From Candidatus Methanomethylophilaceae archaeon (lineage in GTDB: Archaea > Thermoplasmatota > Thermoplasmata > Methanomassiliicoccales > Methanomethylophilaceae): a DNA stretch of 64,000 nt. Below the pieces are notes generated by a model. It made no database searches, had not been told where the DNA came from, and was given only the letters and a program-made list of their open reading frames with translations. Made by a program: the position numbers and the translations under genes. This document shows, one piece after another, positions 51,594 to 61,990 of this stretch; within the stretch, counting starts at the first letter, position 1; each line of letters opens with the position of its first letter. The stretch lies in contig JBMNHS010000001.1 of the NCBI GenBank assembly GCA_050950505.1, positions 736,001 to 800,000 on the forward strand. The letters are read 5' to 3'.

Positions 51594-52154
51594 ATGGTTA
51601 TACGAATGTACAGTTCTCTGAAAGAGACGGAGGTCATCACCGACGATGCATATCTTGTCGGAAATATTCACGACGTCAATTATTCGTCCAGATCCTGGGA
51701 TGTTCACTCTTTGTTCGTGCGCGGTGTCAAAGGATTAGGGGATGTGTTGGGGGCATCCGCCTTCAGAAAACTTCAATTCTCTCTGGTGGTCGACGATTAT
51801 GCGTTGAATGATGTATTGTTGATCCCGGAAACCCGCGATCAATTGCAAAGGGCGTTGGCTTCCGATGAAAACGACACCGAAAAGATTGGCAGTCTGATTG
51901 GAAAAACAGTGATGTCTTTGGACGAAATCCCCATAGGAACCATCGAAGATGTAGGTATCGACACGGATGCTTGGAAAATCAATTCTTTCAAGGTAAAAAT
52001 GGAAAAAAACGTCGCCACCGCATTGGACATAAAACTGGGTCTGTTGAACAAAACGGCTTCCGGTCTGTTGACCAACCATGTGGAGTCCGTCACAAAGACC
52101 GTGAATCTGGCCCACAAAGTGGAAGAACTCCGCGGTTATTTCACTCTGGATTGA
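51594..52154 (+). CDS. Tandem PRC-barrel protein
   Basis: Two repeats of L.G/E..V...D...G.I.DV..D...W. Confidence 0.78.
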   Translation: MVIRMYSSLKETEVITDDAYLVGNIHDVNYSSRSWDVHSLFVRGVKGLGDVLGASAFRKLQFSLVVDDYALNDVLLIPETRDQLQRALASDENDTEKIGSLIGKTVMSLDEIPIGTIEDVGIDTDAWKINSFKVKMEKNVATALDIKLGLLNKTASGLLTNHVESVTKTVNLAHKVEELRGYFTLD

Positions 52155-52707
52155 AGTCGTCAAAAGCCACTATTATAGATGCAAGACGCGAATCGTCTTC
52201 GTATCCGTAATATTCTTTAATCAACAAATCCGAAGTTGGGGCGGGACTGCATGAGATGACTCTCGTGCATCCGTTCTCTTCGGACAATTCCGGGAATGGG
52301 ACCGGCGGCAATACGAAAGCCTCCTCTCCCTCGCCTTTTATATGAGGGAACATTACAAAACTTTCCGACAACCAGACGATATCTTCCCGGTCTTCGTATT
52401 TTTTGAACGTGAAGGGAAACACTTCGGTCCCCAGCAACTTGCCTTTGGAATCCATAAGGATGACGGTGGCTTCGGGCGGAGGTCTGAATCGGGGATCTTT
52501 GATTATGCAGATGAGATGATCCCTTTCAAGAGCCTCCGCGAAGCCTGTGTTTTCGACATCGACATAACCTCCGATGGCCTTGACTTTCGCTTCTTCTTCC
52601 TTGAGGGTTTCGACCAAATCTCTGTCAAGGTAAAAACAGTGTACTACGCCTCTGAGGTTCTTAACGATGTCAAGAGGTTTTTTAGGGCCATGGCTATTCG
52701 ATATCAT
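52141..52707 (-). CDS. Hypothetical protein
   Basis: 188-aa ORF with FRPPP and PPVPFPEL..SPAP motifs. Confidence 0.75.
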   Translation of the reverse strand: MISNSHGPKKPLDIVKNLRGVVHCFYLDRDLVETLKEEEAKVKAIGGYVDVENTGFAEALERDHLICIIKDPRFRPPPEATVILMDSKGKLLGTEVFPFTFKKYEDREDIVWLSESFVMFPHIKGEGEEAFVLPPVPFPELSEENGCTRVISCSPAPTSDLLIKEYYGYEDDSRLASIIVAFDDFNPE

Positions 52708-52735
52708 ATTATCCGTCCTTTTCGGAATTTAACGT

Positions 52736-53062
52736 TTACTCTATATTTATAGAAACGTCTTTTTTGAGACCCATTCCGCCGGCAACTTCTACGGCCTTTA
52801 AGACTCCGCAGGGCACCGGGCAGGTTGCATGGGGCAAATGTTCGGTGGCCAGTTTGTATATCGTGGTCGTACTGACGGGAGCTTCGACTTCCAAATAGGA
52901 TGTTATGGGTTCCAAATGGGGGGCCAACTCCTGAAGGTATTCACAATCGGTGTCGAGTGTTACGGTCACAACGCCCATATCATCTCCGACGGCTGTAATC
53001 ACAGTAATTCTTTTGCAGGCACCTGCATCCACAGTTACTTTACATTCAGTCATTTTCATCAC
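52736..53062 (-). CDS. Small Cys-containing protein (DUF6951-like)
   Basis: GAC, TDC and HATCPVPCGVLKAVE. Confidence 0.7.
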   Translation of the reverse strand: MMKMTECKVTVDAGACKRITVITAVGDDMGVVTVTLDTDCEYLQELAPHLEPITSYLEVEAPVSTTTIYKLATEHLPHATCPVPCGVLKAVEVAGGMGLKKDVSINIE

Positions 53063-54008
53063 TGCTCAGTCTAATCAGATTATCCGCACCCGCCATAGAC
53101 CTGATATCAACAACGCCTACGGCTGCGATGACTCGATTATCTAAGTCGATAGGGGTTACAATTACCTTTATACCTTTGTACGGGCCGGAGGTTGCAATCT
53201 TCCGAATTGTGGTTCCCACATTGATTACCTCTTCCAAAACCTGACCGGTGTAGGTATTGTCTATAACTGTTCCGTTTTCTATCCTGATGCCGAGATTGTC
53301 CCGGCTTTTCGCACAGACCGGCAATCCCCCCACCAAATCATGAATGGCAAAAGCGAGGGAAACGAGTTCGTTTCCGGTGCTTCTGTGACTAAGGATATCT
53401 TTCAGATCCCTGTCGAACTGAAGTCCGCCCATAAGGGTCAGGGCCGCGATGACGGCGCCTTCTTCGGCCACGGCATGGGTTTCCCCGGTGCCTATGATTA
53501 TGACGTCTTCGTTCCGTATGCTTACATTCGCCCAAAGCAAATCGTTGAGTTTGTTGTCAACGGGATATCCGGAGCCCGGGAACATCAATCGGCCGTTGTT
53601 GCAGATGAGGGTTGTCGCCCCCGTTGCTCCCGCCTTGATGGCCACATCCCGTTCTTCGCAACCGTACTTTACTCTGGACGCCATCTTGGATACCCTTACA
53701 ACGCAATCGTATTCTCCGATAGTCAGGGATTCTGCGTCAAGATGTTTGATTTCCATATAGGCGGAATTGTAATAATCGGTACCTTTTTTGTTAATGGAAA
53801 CGCCGCTTTTGTCAATATCCACAAGACCGTGTTCCTGAAGTATTCCCAAGATAGTTCTGGTGCTGCCCTCTCCGACACCAATCATCGAGGACAGTTTTTT
53901 ACGTCCGATCGGATTATTCTTATCGAGACAGTCCAACGTCTTCCAAATATGGTAATCGCTGAATTTGGGTATGGGTCCTCCTGCGCCTTTGCGATGTTGG
54001 GTAAGCAT
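53046..54008 (-). CDS. wHTH/DUF4443-DUF2111 fusion, putative regulator
   Basis: IGRKKLS..IGVGEGSTRTIL HTH, ERD.AIKAGA.GA, and C-terminal GLPV..S...GPYKG..VIVTP..AAVGVVD. Confidence 0.75.
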   Translation of the reverse strand: MLTQHRKGAGGPIPKFSDYHIWKTLDCLDKNNPIGRKKLSSMIGVGEGSTRTILGILQEHGLVDIDKSGVSINKKGTDYYNSAYMEIKHLDAESLTIGEYDCVVRVSKMASRVKYGCEERDVAIKAGATGATTLICNNGRLMFPGSGYPVDNKLNDLLWANVSIRNEDVIIIGTGETHAVAEEGAVIAALTLMGGLQFDRDLKDILSHRSTGNELVSLAFAIHDLVGGLPVCAKSRDNLGIRIENGTVIDNTYTGQVLEEVINVGTTIRKIATSGPYKGIKVIVTPIDLDNRVIAAVGVVDIRSMAGADNLIRLSSDEND

Positions 54009-54038
54009 ATGGATGTATCAATCATCCATGTTTATAAA
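54009..54038 (-). promoter_or_regulatory. TATA box plus operator-like inverted repeat
   Basis: ATGGATG-N7-CATCCAT (54009-54029) next to TTTATAAA (54031-54038). Confidence 0.6.
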
Positions 54039-54164
54039 CTAACCGCCAAAAAAGGACATTTGTGAAATATGCCCGGCTGTGCCGGCGGATAAAAGCAGAT
54101 TAATTTCGTCAACGCCGTTGAATTTTTTAAGAGTGTTTTAATATCCTCGGTTCATTTCCCATAC

Positions 54165-55787
54165 ATGGTCAAAGAGTCGGTAGACTTCATTATAATAGAG
54201 AACGTCACAAAGAAATTTGGTGAGAAAACTGTACTTGATGGTGTGAGTGCAACCATACAAACCGGGAAATCGTTAGGACTTATCGGGAAAAGCGCCGCAG
54301 GTAAAAGTGTGCTCATTATGATGTTGAGAGGAAGCGGAGATTATGCTCCCACGACGGGACGTGTGATTTACAGAGTGAACAGATGCGTCGAATGTGAGAA
54401 TCTGGACCTTCCCTACGAAGGTACGCCCTGTACGAAATGCGGTTCCGATACGAAAACAATCTCCGTCGATTATTGGTCTCTCAGCGATGACGATGTTCTG
54501 AAACGACAGATGAGAAGTCGCATTGCTATCATGTTGCAGAGAACCTTTGCGCTTTTCGGTGACAAAACCGTTATTGAAAATCTTTTTGAAGCTATCGGCG
54601 ACCGTGCCGAGGGCAAAGAAAGGACCGAAATGGCATTGGAAATTCTCGAATTCGTCGGAATGACTCACAGGACGACCCACATTGCGAGGGATCTTTCCGG
54701 AGGAGAAAAACAGAGAGTGGTTTTGGCAAGGCAGATTGCCAGGAACCCCCTGTTTTTGCTCGCGGATGAGCCTACGGGAACTTTGGACCCGTACACCGCC
54801 GAAGTCATGCATGACCGACTCGTGAAGTATGTCAACGAAAAAGGAATCGCAATGGTTTTTGCCTCCCACTGGCCGGAAGCCGTCGAAAAGATGGCCGATG
54901 AAGCCATCTGGCTTGACGCGGGAAAAGTCGTCATGCAGGGAGATCCGAAAGAAATATCCGATAAGTTCTTGGAAGGCTACTCTTTCGAAAAGAAAGAATC
55001 CGAGAATTTGGGTGAGCCCATCATAAAATTGGAAAATGCGGAAAAGCATTTCTTCTCGGTCATCAGAGGCGTGGTCAAAGCGGTTGACGGGGTAACTTTC
55101 GAAATAAGAGAAAGGGAAGTTTTCGGATTGGTCGGCAAATCGGGCGCGGGCAAAACCACCACGTCCAGAATGATTGCCGGAATGACTCCCGCCACGGGAG
55201 GTTCCGTCGAAATCAAAATCGGTGATGATTGGATCGACATGTCCGAAATCGGAATGGCCGGAAAAGGACGGGCGACACCGTACATAGGATTCCTTCATCA
55301 GGAATACACGCTGTATCCTTACGACAACGTCCTCAGCAATCTGACCACAAGCATAGGCTCCAAGATGCCTGCAGAATTGGCCAAGTTCAAAGCCATGCAG
55401 GTGCTGGAAAGCGTCGGATTCGCCAAAGAAGGGATGGAGGATTTGCTTTATTCATATCCCGATACCCTTTCCGTCGGGGAATGCCAGAGAATCGCTTTCG
55501 CACAGGTTCTCATCAAAGAACCCAAAATAATTTTATTGGACGAACCCACGGGTACGATGGATCCGATTACAAAAACAATCGTGGCAAAATCGGTCATCCG
55601 CGCCAGAGAGATTCTCGGTGAAACTTTCATCGTCGTAAGTCATGACATGGACTTCGTTGAAAATATATGCGACCGTGTCGCTTTCATTGCCGACGGTAAG
55701 GTAAAGGCCATCGACACTCCCGATGCGGTCATCGGCCGATTCGGTTTGGAAGAATTGCAGGACAACGAATCGGACACGGGTGAATGA
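54165..55787 (+). CDS. atwA: Methyl-coenzyme M reductase component A2
   Basis: Two ABC domains with a Zn insert; [12 protein letters not shown] and [16 protein letters not shown]. Confidence 0.96.
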   Translation: MVKESVDFIIIENVTKKFGEKTVLDGVSATIQTGKSLGLIGKSAAGKSVLIMMLRGSGDYAPTTGRVIYRVNRCVECENLDLPYEGTPCTKCGSDTKTISVDYWSLSDDDVLKRQMRSRIAIMLQRTFALFGDKTVIENLFEAIGDRAEGKERTEMALEILEFVGMTHRTTHIARDLSGGEKQRVVLARQIARNPLFLLADEPTGTLDPYTAEVMHDRLVKYVNEKGIAMVFASHWPEAVEKMADEAIWLDAGKVVMQGDPKEISDKFLEGYSFEKKESENLGEPIIKLENAEKHFFSVIRGVVKAVDGVTFEIREREVFGLVGKSGAGKTTTSRMIAGMTPATGGSVEIKIGDDWIDMSEIGMAGKGRATPYIGFLHQEYTLYPYDNVLSNLTTSIGSKMPAELAKFKAMQVLESVGFAKEGMEDLLYSYPDTLSVGECQRIAFAQVLIKEPKIILLDEPTGTMDPITKTIVAKSVIRAREILGETFIVVSHDMDFVENICDRVAFIADGKVKAIDTPDAVIGRFGLEELQDNESDTGE

Positions 55788-56409
55788 AGTGAAAAAACAA
55801 ATCGGCCGTCACCTGAGTTTCGTTGAATGCAGAGAGGCCATGGGTCTCGGGGTAGGAGGAGCTCTTGCTCAGAGGGCAACCATTTCCGACAGCGGAAGAG
55901 ACGTGGTCGCTGTGGCAATGGGCCCCGGCAAAAGACACATAACGAAACCCGTGTGCGAAATCACGTATGCCCTAAGGGAAGAGGGAATAGACACCAGCGT
56001 CCTGGTGGTGAACGCAGGCTCGGGAGTACCTTCCGACGCTCCCGACGTGACCACCGGTTCCAGATTCGGATTGGATCCTCTGGAAGTGGACAGACTCCGT
56101 CAGTTCAAAGTTATGATTATTCACTTGGGAAACGTACGTAACCATATAACGTACAAAGCCCGGTTGGTCCTCAGAAACGTGGATTTGCCGTCGATAGTCG
56201 TGGCTCAGTGCCCTGTTGATTTCGAGGACTTCGCCGCGATAGGCGTGAAAACGGCTCACGTCATGCCCGCGGACGAGGATATTCAGACCCGGGGATACAT
56301 AGCCGACATCGTCACCGGCGTGGTCAGGGGAGTCACCTGCCCCCAGGAAAAATTGGACGAGATAGTGTCCAAATTACATGCGGTCATGCCGAGAGGTGAA
56401 CGCAGATGA
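55780..56409 (+). CDS. mcrC: MCR protein C
   Basis: [27 protein letters not shown] and [11 protein letters not shown] start at 55780 or 55789. Confidence 0.94.
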   Translation: MNEVKKQIGRHLSFVECREAMGLGVGGALAQRATISDSGRDVVAVAMGPGKRHITKPVCEITYALREEGIDTSVLVVNAGSGVPSDAPDVTTGSRFGLDPLEVDRLRQFKVMIIHLGNVRNHITYKARLVLRNVDLPSIVVAQCPVDFEDFAAIGVKTAHVMPADEDIQTRGYIADIVTGVVRGVTCPQEKLDEIVSKLHAVMPRGERR

Positions 56410-57920
56410 AAGTATTCGTCAACGGAAAATTGAAAGTATTGGAGGAAGGCGCAACCCTCGGAGACGCAATCGAAGGCGAGACTTACAGCGAAGGTTCGCT
56501 GATGGCCGTCCATCTTTCGGTGGACACCGTTACCAAAACCACAAACGATTTTGAACTCGTTCTTGAAAGAGGAACGATGGTTCTCCGTCTGGACGACACC
56601 CCCGATGCGGAACTGTTCAGAAATATAATGAACGATGTCGAAGGTTCCACGGCCAGATGGGCTACCAGGAATCTTGTGTCCTTCGGTTCATTCCCGACCG
56701 GGATAGAAGCGACGGCCGAAGACAGAATGTATCGCAGATATGACTGTTTCTTCTCTCTGGGGGGAGGGGACAACCACACCACTTACATGATGATCGCCAA
56801 ACGGGATCACCGTGATTCCTACGGAGCGGGTTCCGGAAGAATCGGCCGCATAACCGTGGGGAGACATCTTTTGGACAACGTTCGGGAAGGAGAAAACATA
56901 ATCGAAATACGTCCGGTCATGTCCGAAACAAGCACGGACAACGTGGAAGTGACCTCCGATCTGTCCTATGAACTCAAAGAAGGATATTCCGTTTCCACAA
57001 ACATTCTGTTGGAACTGAATCCCAAAGCCCCGATGGCGGCGGAACACGTGCTCATAGCGACTTCAGGCGGGAAGTTCGACGTGACAGAACCTGCGGGAAG
57101 CTTCCTGGCGAATTCGGGATTTATTGATGCGGACATAAAACAGGAATTTTCCGACGTCAGGGAACCCGGTTCCGTAACCGTGAGAAACGAAGGTCTGGGC
57201 AACGGACGCATTTTCATATACAAAGACAAGAGACAGATATCCCCGTCGCACAGTTCGGCGGGCAAAGTGACCCGTGGGCTGGCTTTGATATCCATGGCCA
57301 AGGAGGGCGATTCCGTGGCCGTGGTCACCGACCCGCCGAGGATACTCGCCGTGGGCATGACCCAAAGTGAAGGCGAAGACTATCTTAATGCCGCGGGAAT
57401 CAAACAAATCAGAAAGGGGGACCTGTCCGATGACGCGATAGTGGTCGAACAGGTTCCCGAACGCACCATGGATGCTTTGGCCGCGGGAAGCGTTGAAACC
57501 TTTGCCGTGCCCCGCGACAGAATATACAAAATAGAAATATCCGCCGATGACAGGGAAACCGTCAGATTCTTCAGGAGAATCACGGGATTGGACCACAAGT
57601 CCGTCGGTTCCATGAAAGTGCAGTTCACTTTCGAAGGGGCGCAGATGATAACGTTCCACGGTGACGAGGAAAGAGGCAAAACCCTTCTGCCTCAGGAACC
57701 TTTCAAGAACGTCAAACGCGGAGACATAGGCGTGACCAATCAGGTGCGTCCGATGAGAGGGCTTCTGGGAATACGCCTGGAAGACAGCAAATCATACGGG
57801 CCTACGGGAGAGGAAGCCTACGGAACCAACATAGTCGGAAGTTTCCTGGGAAACCTGGACAAAATGCTTGGAGAAGCGGAAAGCGATAAACCGATTTACA
57901 TTACGGAGACAGACATATGA
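56406..57920 (+). CDS. mmp3: Methanogenesis marker protein 3
   Basis: Cyclophilin-like repeats, VTVRN.G.G.G.I.IY, IGVTNQ and YGPTGE..GTN. Confidence 0.9.
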   Translation: MKVFVNGKLKVLEEGATLGDAIEGETYSEGSLMAVHLSVDTVTKTTNDFELVLERGTMVLRLDDTPDAELFRNIMNDVEGSTARWATRNLVSFGSFPTGIEATAEDRMYRRYDCFFSLGGGDNHTTYMMIAKRDHRDSYGAGSGRIGRITVGRHLLDNVREGENIIEIRPVMSETSTDNVEVTSDLSYELKEGYSVSTNILLELNPKAPMAAEHVLIATSGGKFDVTEPAGSFLANSGFIDADIKQEFSDVREPGSVTVRNEGLGNGRIFIYKDKRQISPSHSSAGKVTRGLALISMAKEGDSVAVVTDPPRILAVGMTQSEGEDYLNAAGIKQIRKGDLSDDAIVVEQVPERTMDALAAGSVETFAVPRDRIYKIEISADDRETVRFFRRITGLDHKSVGSMKVQFTFEGAQMITFHGDEERGKTLLPQEPFKNVKRGDIGVTNQVRPMRGLLGIRLEDSKSYGPTGEEAYGTNIVGSFLGNLDKMLGEAESDKPIYITETDI

Positions 57921-58333
57921 GCGACAACAGGGAAACCAGACTGCTGATGATTTCACCCAGGTCAAAATTGACTCCCGATCAGCTTGTGCGTACCATTCAC
58001 GCCATGAACCGGGACGTCAGGATGAAAGAGACCTGTTACGGTGCCGTCATAGAAGGAGAAAAATTCGCGTTGAAGGCACTTACCGAAGAAATACGCGGGA
58101 AATATCCCAATGAAGTGTATTCAAAGCGCAGGGCCTACCCCGCGGGGGACCAGAGGAGATGCCGCGCGCACCATGGAACCCGGCCGGGATACAGCCAACT
58201 GGAAGCCGAATGGGACCTTCTTTCCAACGTTCAATACGGTCTGGAATGTGCCGACAGGGGAGAGGAAAGAGTACCCCTGAAAGCAAAAGAAAAACTGCCA
58301 ATACTGGAATTTAAAAGAATTTGCGAGGAGTGA
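57917..58333 (+). CDS. mmp6: Methanogenesis marker protein 6
   Basis: KETCYG and GD.RRCRA..G.RPG..QLE.E. Confidence 0.9.
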   Translation: MSDNRETRLLMISPRSKLTPDQLVRTIHAMNRDVRMKETCYGAVIEGEKFALKALTEEIRGKYPNEVYSKRRAYPAGDQRRCRAHHGTRPGYSQLEAEWDLLSNVQYGLECADRGEERVPLKAKEKLPILEFKRICEE

Positions 58334-58335
58334 CG

Positions 58336-58770
58336 ATGAAGATTTTTATAGATCCGCCGAACAGTCTGATTCTGTTCGACATAGTGGAGAGATTCGGGCA
58401 TGAGCCCCTGAGTGCCATGGCCGCCATACAAGAGAGGATAGACAACTTGGAGATTGACATGCCGCCGATGAACGTGACCCTGGATGACGTGGTCAACGGA
58501 CTTGAGTATGCCGGCGTGGAAGTTCCTTCGGGGGTGAGAGGAAGACTCGCTCTCTGGGGACCGATGATAGAAGAAGCGGATGCGGCGATAATAATGGAAA
58601 ACGCCCCGTACAGCTTCGGTTGCGTGGGCTGCGAACGCTCCAATGAGATGATTAAATATCTCATCATAAAACGGGGCATACCCCAACTCCGTGTTTCATA
58701 TCCCGGAACCGAGGAGGAAGCCAAAGACTTCGTTCTCAGCACCAAAGAATTCCTGGAGGGGCTCGAATGA
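58336..58770 (+). CDS. mmp5: Methanogenesis marker protein 5
   Basis: [23 protein letters not shown] and FGCVGC.R.NE. Confidence 0.92.
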   Translation: MKIFIDPPNSLILFDIVERFGHEPLSAMAAIQERIDNLEIDMPPMNVTLDDVVNGLEYAGVEVPSGVRGRLALWGPMIEEADAAIIMENAPYSFGCVGCERSNEMIKYLIIKRGIPQLRVSYPGTEEEAKDFVLSTKEFLEGLE

Positions 58771-59990
58771 CGATCAAAATAGCACAGCTGTCCTGCGGTA
58801 CGGAATACAGCAGCGTTCAGCACGAAATAGAAAAGGCCGCATTGTCGGTCGGGGCAAAGATGGTATATCCGGACGTGGGCGCCGCCGACGTCGACAAAGC
58901 CGTGAAACGGTTCGGATTCAATCCCCACTCCAATCAGTTGAAAATCATGATAGCCAGGGCCGCCGCCCTGGCAGACGGGAAATATGACGCGGATGCAGTT
59001 TTCATATGTACCTGTTTCAGATGTGCCGAGGCGGCGCTGGTAAGAAACGAACTGAGAAGATTCATTCAGGATTATACCGATCTTCCCGTCGTCACATATT
59101 CTTTCACCGAGAGGCTGAAAGCCTCTCAGATGCTGACGAGGATGGAGGCTCTGGTCACAATCGTCACGAGAAAAGAGCTTTTGGCAAGGGAAAGGCAAAC
59201 CGGCCTCAGCGCCGGTCTAGATTCCGGTTCCAGTACGACCAAAGCCGTCGTCATGGAAAACAACAAAATCATCGGAAAGGCCTGGACGGGTTCAGGGGAT
59301 GTTGTGAAATCCGCCGACCAGGTTCTCACCGAAGCGTTGAACCAGGCGGGCTATGAACTCAAGGACCTGGAGGCCATAGGAACCACGGGATACGGCCGAT
59401 ACACCCTCGGAAAGCACTATAACGCAAAACTTGTCCAGGAAGAACTGACGGTCAACTCGAAAGGCGCCGTTTGGCTTGCCGACAGGCAGAGAGGGGAAGC
59501 GACCATTCTGGATATCGGAGGAATGGACAACAAAGCCATCACCGTCCGTGACGGAGTTCCCGACAACTTCACAATGGGCGGTATCTGTGCGGGCGCTTCC
59601 GGAAGATTTTTGGAAATGACCGCGAGAAGAATGGACGTAAACATCGAAGAATTGGGCCCCTTGGCAATGAAAGGAAACTGGAGAAACGCCAAGATGAACT
59701 CTTACTGTTCCATTTTCGGTATTCAGGATCTGGTAACCCAATTGGGGGAAGGAAAGACCTTCGAAGATGTGGCCGCGGCCGCCTGTCATTCCGTCGCCGA
59801 ACAGGTTTACGAACAGCAGCTTCAGGAGATTGACGTAAGACGCCCGATTATTCAGGTTGGGGGCACTTCGCTGATCAACGGCCTGGTGAAAGCCGTGGGC
59901 GAAATATTGGGCGAGATGCCCATAGTCCCGCCGGAATCTCAGTACATCGGTGCCGTCGGAGGCGCTTTGCTGAGCTCGGGGATGCTGTGA
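58767..59990 (+). CDS. mmp15: Methanogenesis marker protein 15 (ASKHA activase-like ATPase)
   Basis: [29 protein letters not shown] and CAGASGRF. Confidence 0.93.
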   Translation: MTIKIAQLSCGTEYSSVQHEIEKAALSVGAKMVYPDVGAADVDKAVKRFGFNPHSNQLKIMIARAAALADGKYDADAVFICTCFRCAEAALVRNELRRFIQDYTDLPVVTYSFTERLKASQMLTRMEALVTIVTRKELLARERQTGLSAGLDSGSSTTKAVVMENNKIIGKAWTGSGDVVKSADQVLTEALNQAGYELKDLEAIGTTGYGRYTLGKHYNAKLVQEELTVNSKGAVWLADRQRGEATILDIGGMDNKAITVRDGVPDNFTMGGICAGASGRFLEMTARRMDVNIEELGPLAMKGNWRNAKMNSYCSIFGIQDLVTQLGEGKTFEDVAAAACHSVAEQVYEQQLQEIDVRRPIIQVGGTSLINGLVKAVGEILGEMPIVPPESQYIGAVGGALLSSGML

Positions 59991-59999
59991 GGTAATATC

Positions 60000-60566
60000 A
60001 TGGAAATCACGGTCCAGGGAACGGATCCCTTCGGGAATGAGGAGTACGAGACACTGTTCCGTAACATAATGAACGACATGGGGGATGCCATGGCGATTGA
60101 GAAAGCCCATCTTGTTCTCAAAGCCGAAATACCCCTGTTCGTGTTCTCGGTGAAACTGAGAAGCGAACCCGAGAACAGAAAAATCTCCGATGTGGCAAGC
60201 ATAAGGGCGGAAGGCGACGGAATCCATATCACCATCACCGACGAGCGTTACGCCCCGGAGATTCTGGACAGGATGTGGATGATGTACGGAAGGAACAGTG
60301 TCGAACAGCAGACCCGTTTCGACATGTCTGTTTCCGGAGCTAAAATGGATGACGTGGCGAACACGGTGGTCGCTTCCGGAGAAGAAGCGTTGAAAGAAGT
60401 CATCGGTTCGGTCTGGAGGTCTATGCCGGAAGGCATCAGGGTCCGCGAATCCTTCATTACCGGAACCGTTCTCACGGTGGTTGCCACCGAGGAAATCATG
60501 TTGCCCGAATACAGGAAAGAAGGCGTGGACATCCACGTGATGATGGGAGGTTCCCCTGATGTTTGA
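60000..60566 (+). CDS. mmp17: Methanogenesis marker protein 17
   Basis: DERYAP..L..W..YG and PEG.RV; position in the operon. Confidence 0.85.
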   Translation: MEITVQGTDPFGNEEYETLFRNIMNDMGDAMAIEKAHLVLKAEIPLFVFSVKLRSEPENRKISDVASIRAEGDGIHITITDERYAPEILDRMWMMYGRNSVEQQTRFDMSVSGAKMDDVANTVVASGEEALKEVIGSVWRSMPEGIRVRESFITGTVLTVVATEEIMLPEYRKEGVDIHVMMGGSPDV

Positions 60567-61497
60567 AGTTATAATGTACGACGGCGGTGTTTACCGTTCG
60601 TCAGAACTTTTCGAGAAAATAGAAGATGTGGGCGGCACCGTTCTGCAGAGAATCAGAAGTTCTCAGATGCTGACGGTGACGATGTCGATTCCCAGTGAAG
60701 ACAAGGAAGACATCGTCTCACTTTGCACCGAAATCGGAGGGGACGTCAAAGAAGTTCCTTTGGCCGGAACCGAAATCGCCGTCGTGGGTCCCACCTTGGG
60801 ACGTCATCACATGCCCCACCCCATATGCGACATAGCCGAAGCCCTGCGGAGAAAAGGCGCTTTGACCATAGTCATGGGATTGGCCAGAGGCAGAGGCAAA
60901 CACACGTCTCAGATTTCAGCATCCGAAATCGCAATCATAAACGAATACGATGCGGCGATATTCTGTCTCGGGAATTTCAGTCCATGCATCAAAGCCAAAG
61001 CCGAGATGATGAAGGACATCAAAGTCCCTCTGATACTTGTCTGCGGTCCGCCAATGGAAAATTTCGAAGATTACTGCGAAGCCACGGTATGCGGGGTAGG
61101 CAGGAAATCCGAAAGGATGAGATCTTCTCAGGAAAGGGGCAAACTCAACGAAATAGTGTCGACAATGGAAGACATTCTTCACAATAAACGTAAGATGTTG
61201 TCCGAAGATCCGCTGTTCGTTCATCCTTCGGAGGTCAAACAGGTCTTGGAGAATTACCAACCTTTGGACATGTGTCTGAGGCCCTCGCCAATAGTTCTGC
61301 ACATGGACGGCCTGAGGGCGAAGATACCGTATGCCGAGAATATCGAAGCCATCGGAAACATGGAGATATACGGCAGAAAACTGAAGGACATAGCCACAAT
61401 CACCGAATCCAAACTGGACAACAGCAGTATGCTGGTAAAAATAAAAACGGCTTCGGAGGTCGAATACGACGACAACCGTGCCGAAAAACATCCGTAA
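60559..61497 (+). CDS. mmp7: Methanogenesis marker protein 7
   Basis: GGVY..E.IEDVGG, PLAGTEIAVV.PTL and HHMPHPICDIAE. Confidence 0.92.
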   Translation: MFEVIMYDGGVYRSSELFEKIEDVGGTVLQRIRSSQMLTVTMSIPSEDKEDIVSLCTEIGGDVKEVPLAGTEIAVVGPTLGRHHMPHPICDIAEALRRKGALTIVMGLARGRGKHTSQISASEIAIINEYDAAIFCLGNFSPCIKAKAEMMKDIKVPLILVCGPPMENFEDYCEATVCGVGRKSERMRSSQERGKLNEIVSTMEDILHNKRKMLSEDPLFVHPSEVKQVLENYQPLDMCLRPSPIVLHMDGLRAKIPYAENIEAIGNMEIYGRKLKDIATITESKLDNSSMLVKIKTASEVEYDDNRAEKHP

Positions 61498-61894
61498 GGG
61501 CACTTACGCTCTGTTCCTGACCCTGTCCGAGGATATCACGGCAGACACGGGAGCCCTGGGCGAAGTCTTTTACGAAGCGGGAGAGTACTGTTACGTCGGC
61601 AGTGCCATGAAGGGTTTGGATCAGAGAATATCCCGTCACATGTCTTCGGAAAAAAAGATTCACTGGCACATAGACAGACTCACTCCCGTTGCCACAGATA
61701 TGATTGCTTACGTGTCTGAAGGAATCGACTGCGTTCCGGAATGTGCCATGGCGGACATCGCCGTGAAAACAGGGCTCGTTCCTTACGTGGACGGTTTCGG
61801 GTCTTCCGATTGCGGATGCCGCGCACATTTGTTCAAAGTGCCCCCCGGAGGGAAAGACCGCCTGGTCTCAGTTCTGAGTCTGACACCTTATTAA
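61478..61894 (+). CDS. GIY-YIG (DUF123) endonuclease
   Basis: GTY, YCYVGSA, RH, HWHID and GFGSSDC.C..HL. Confidence 0.88.
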   Translation: MPKNIRKGTYALFLTLSEDITADTGALGEVFYEAGEYCYVGSAMKGLDQRISRHMSSEKKIHWHIDRLTPVATDMIAYVSEGIDCVPECAMADIAVKTGLVPYVDGFGSSDCGCRAHLFKVPPGGKDRLVSVLSLTPY

Positions 61895-61990
61895 CGGTAT
61901 AACCACGCGTGCGCGATTGAGTAATCCTTATAATGTATCACAGACTTCCGACTGTATAATAAGTTCACACTTCGGATGTGGAGGCAATAA

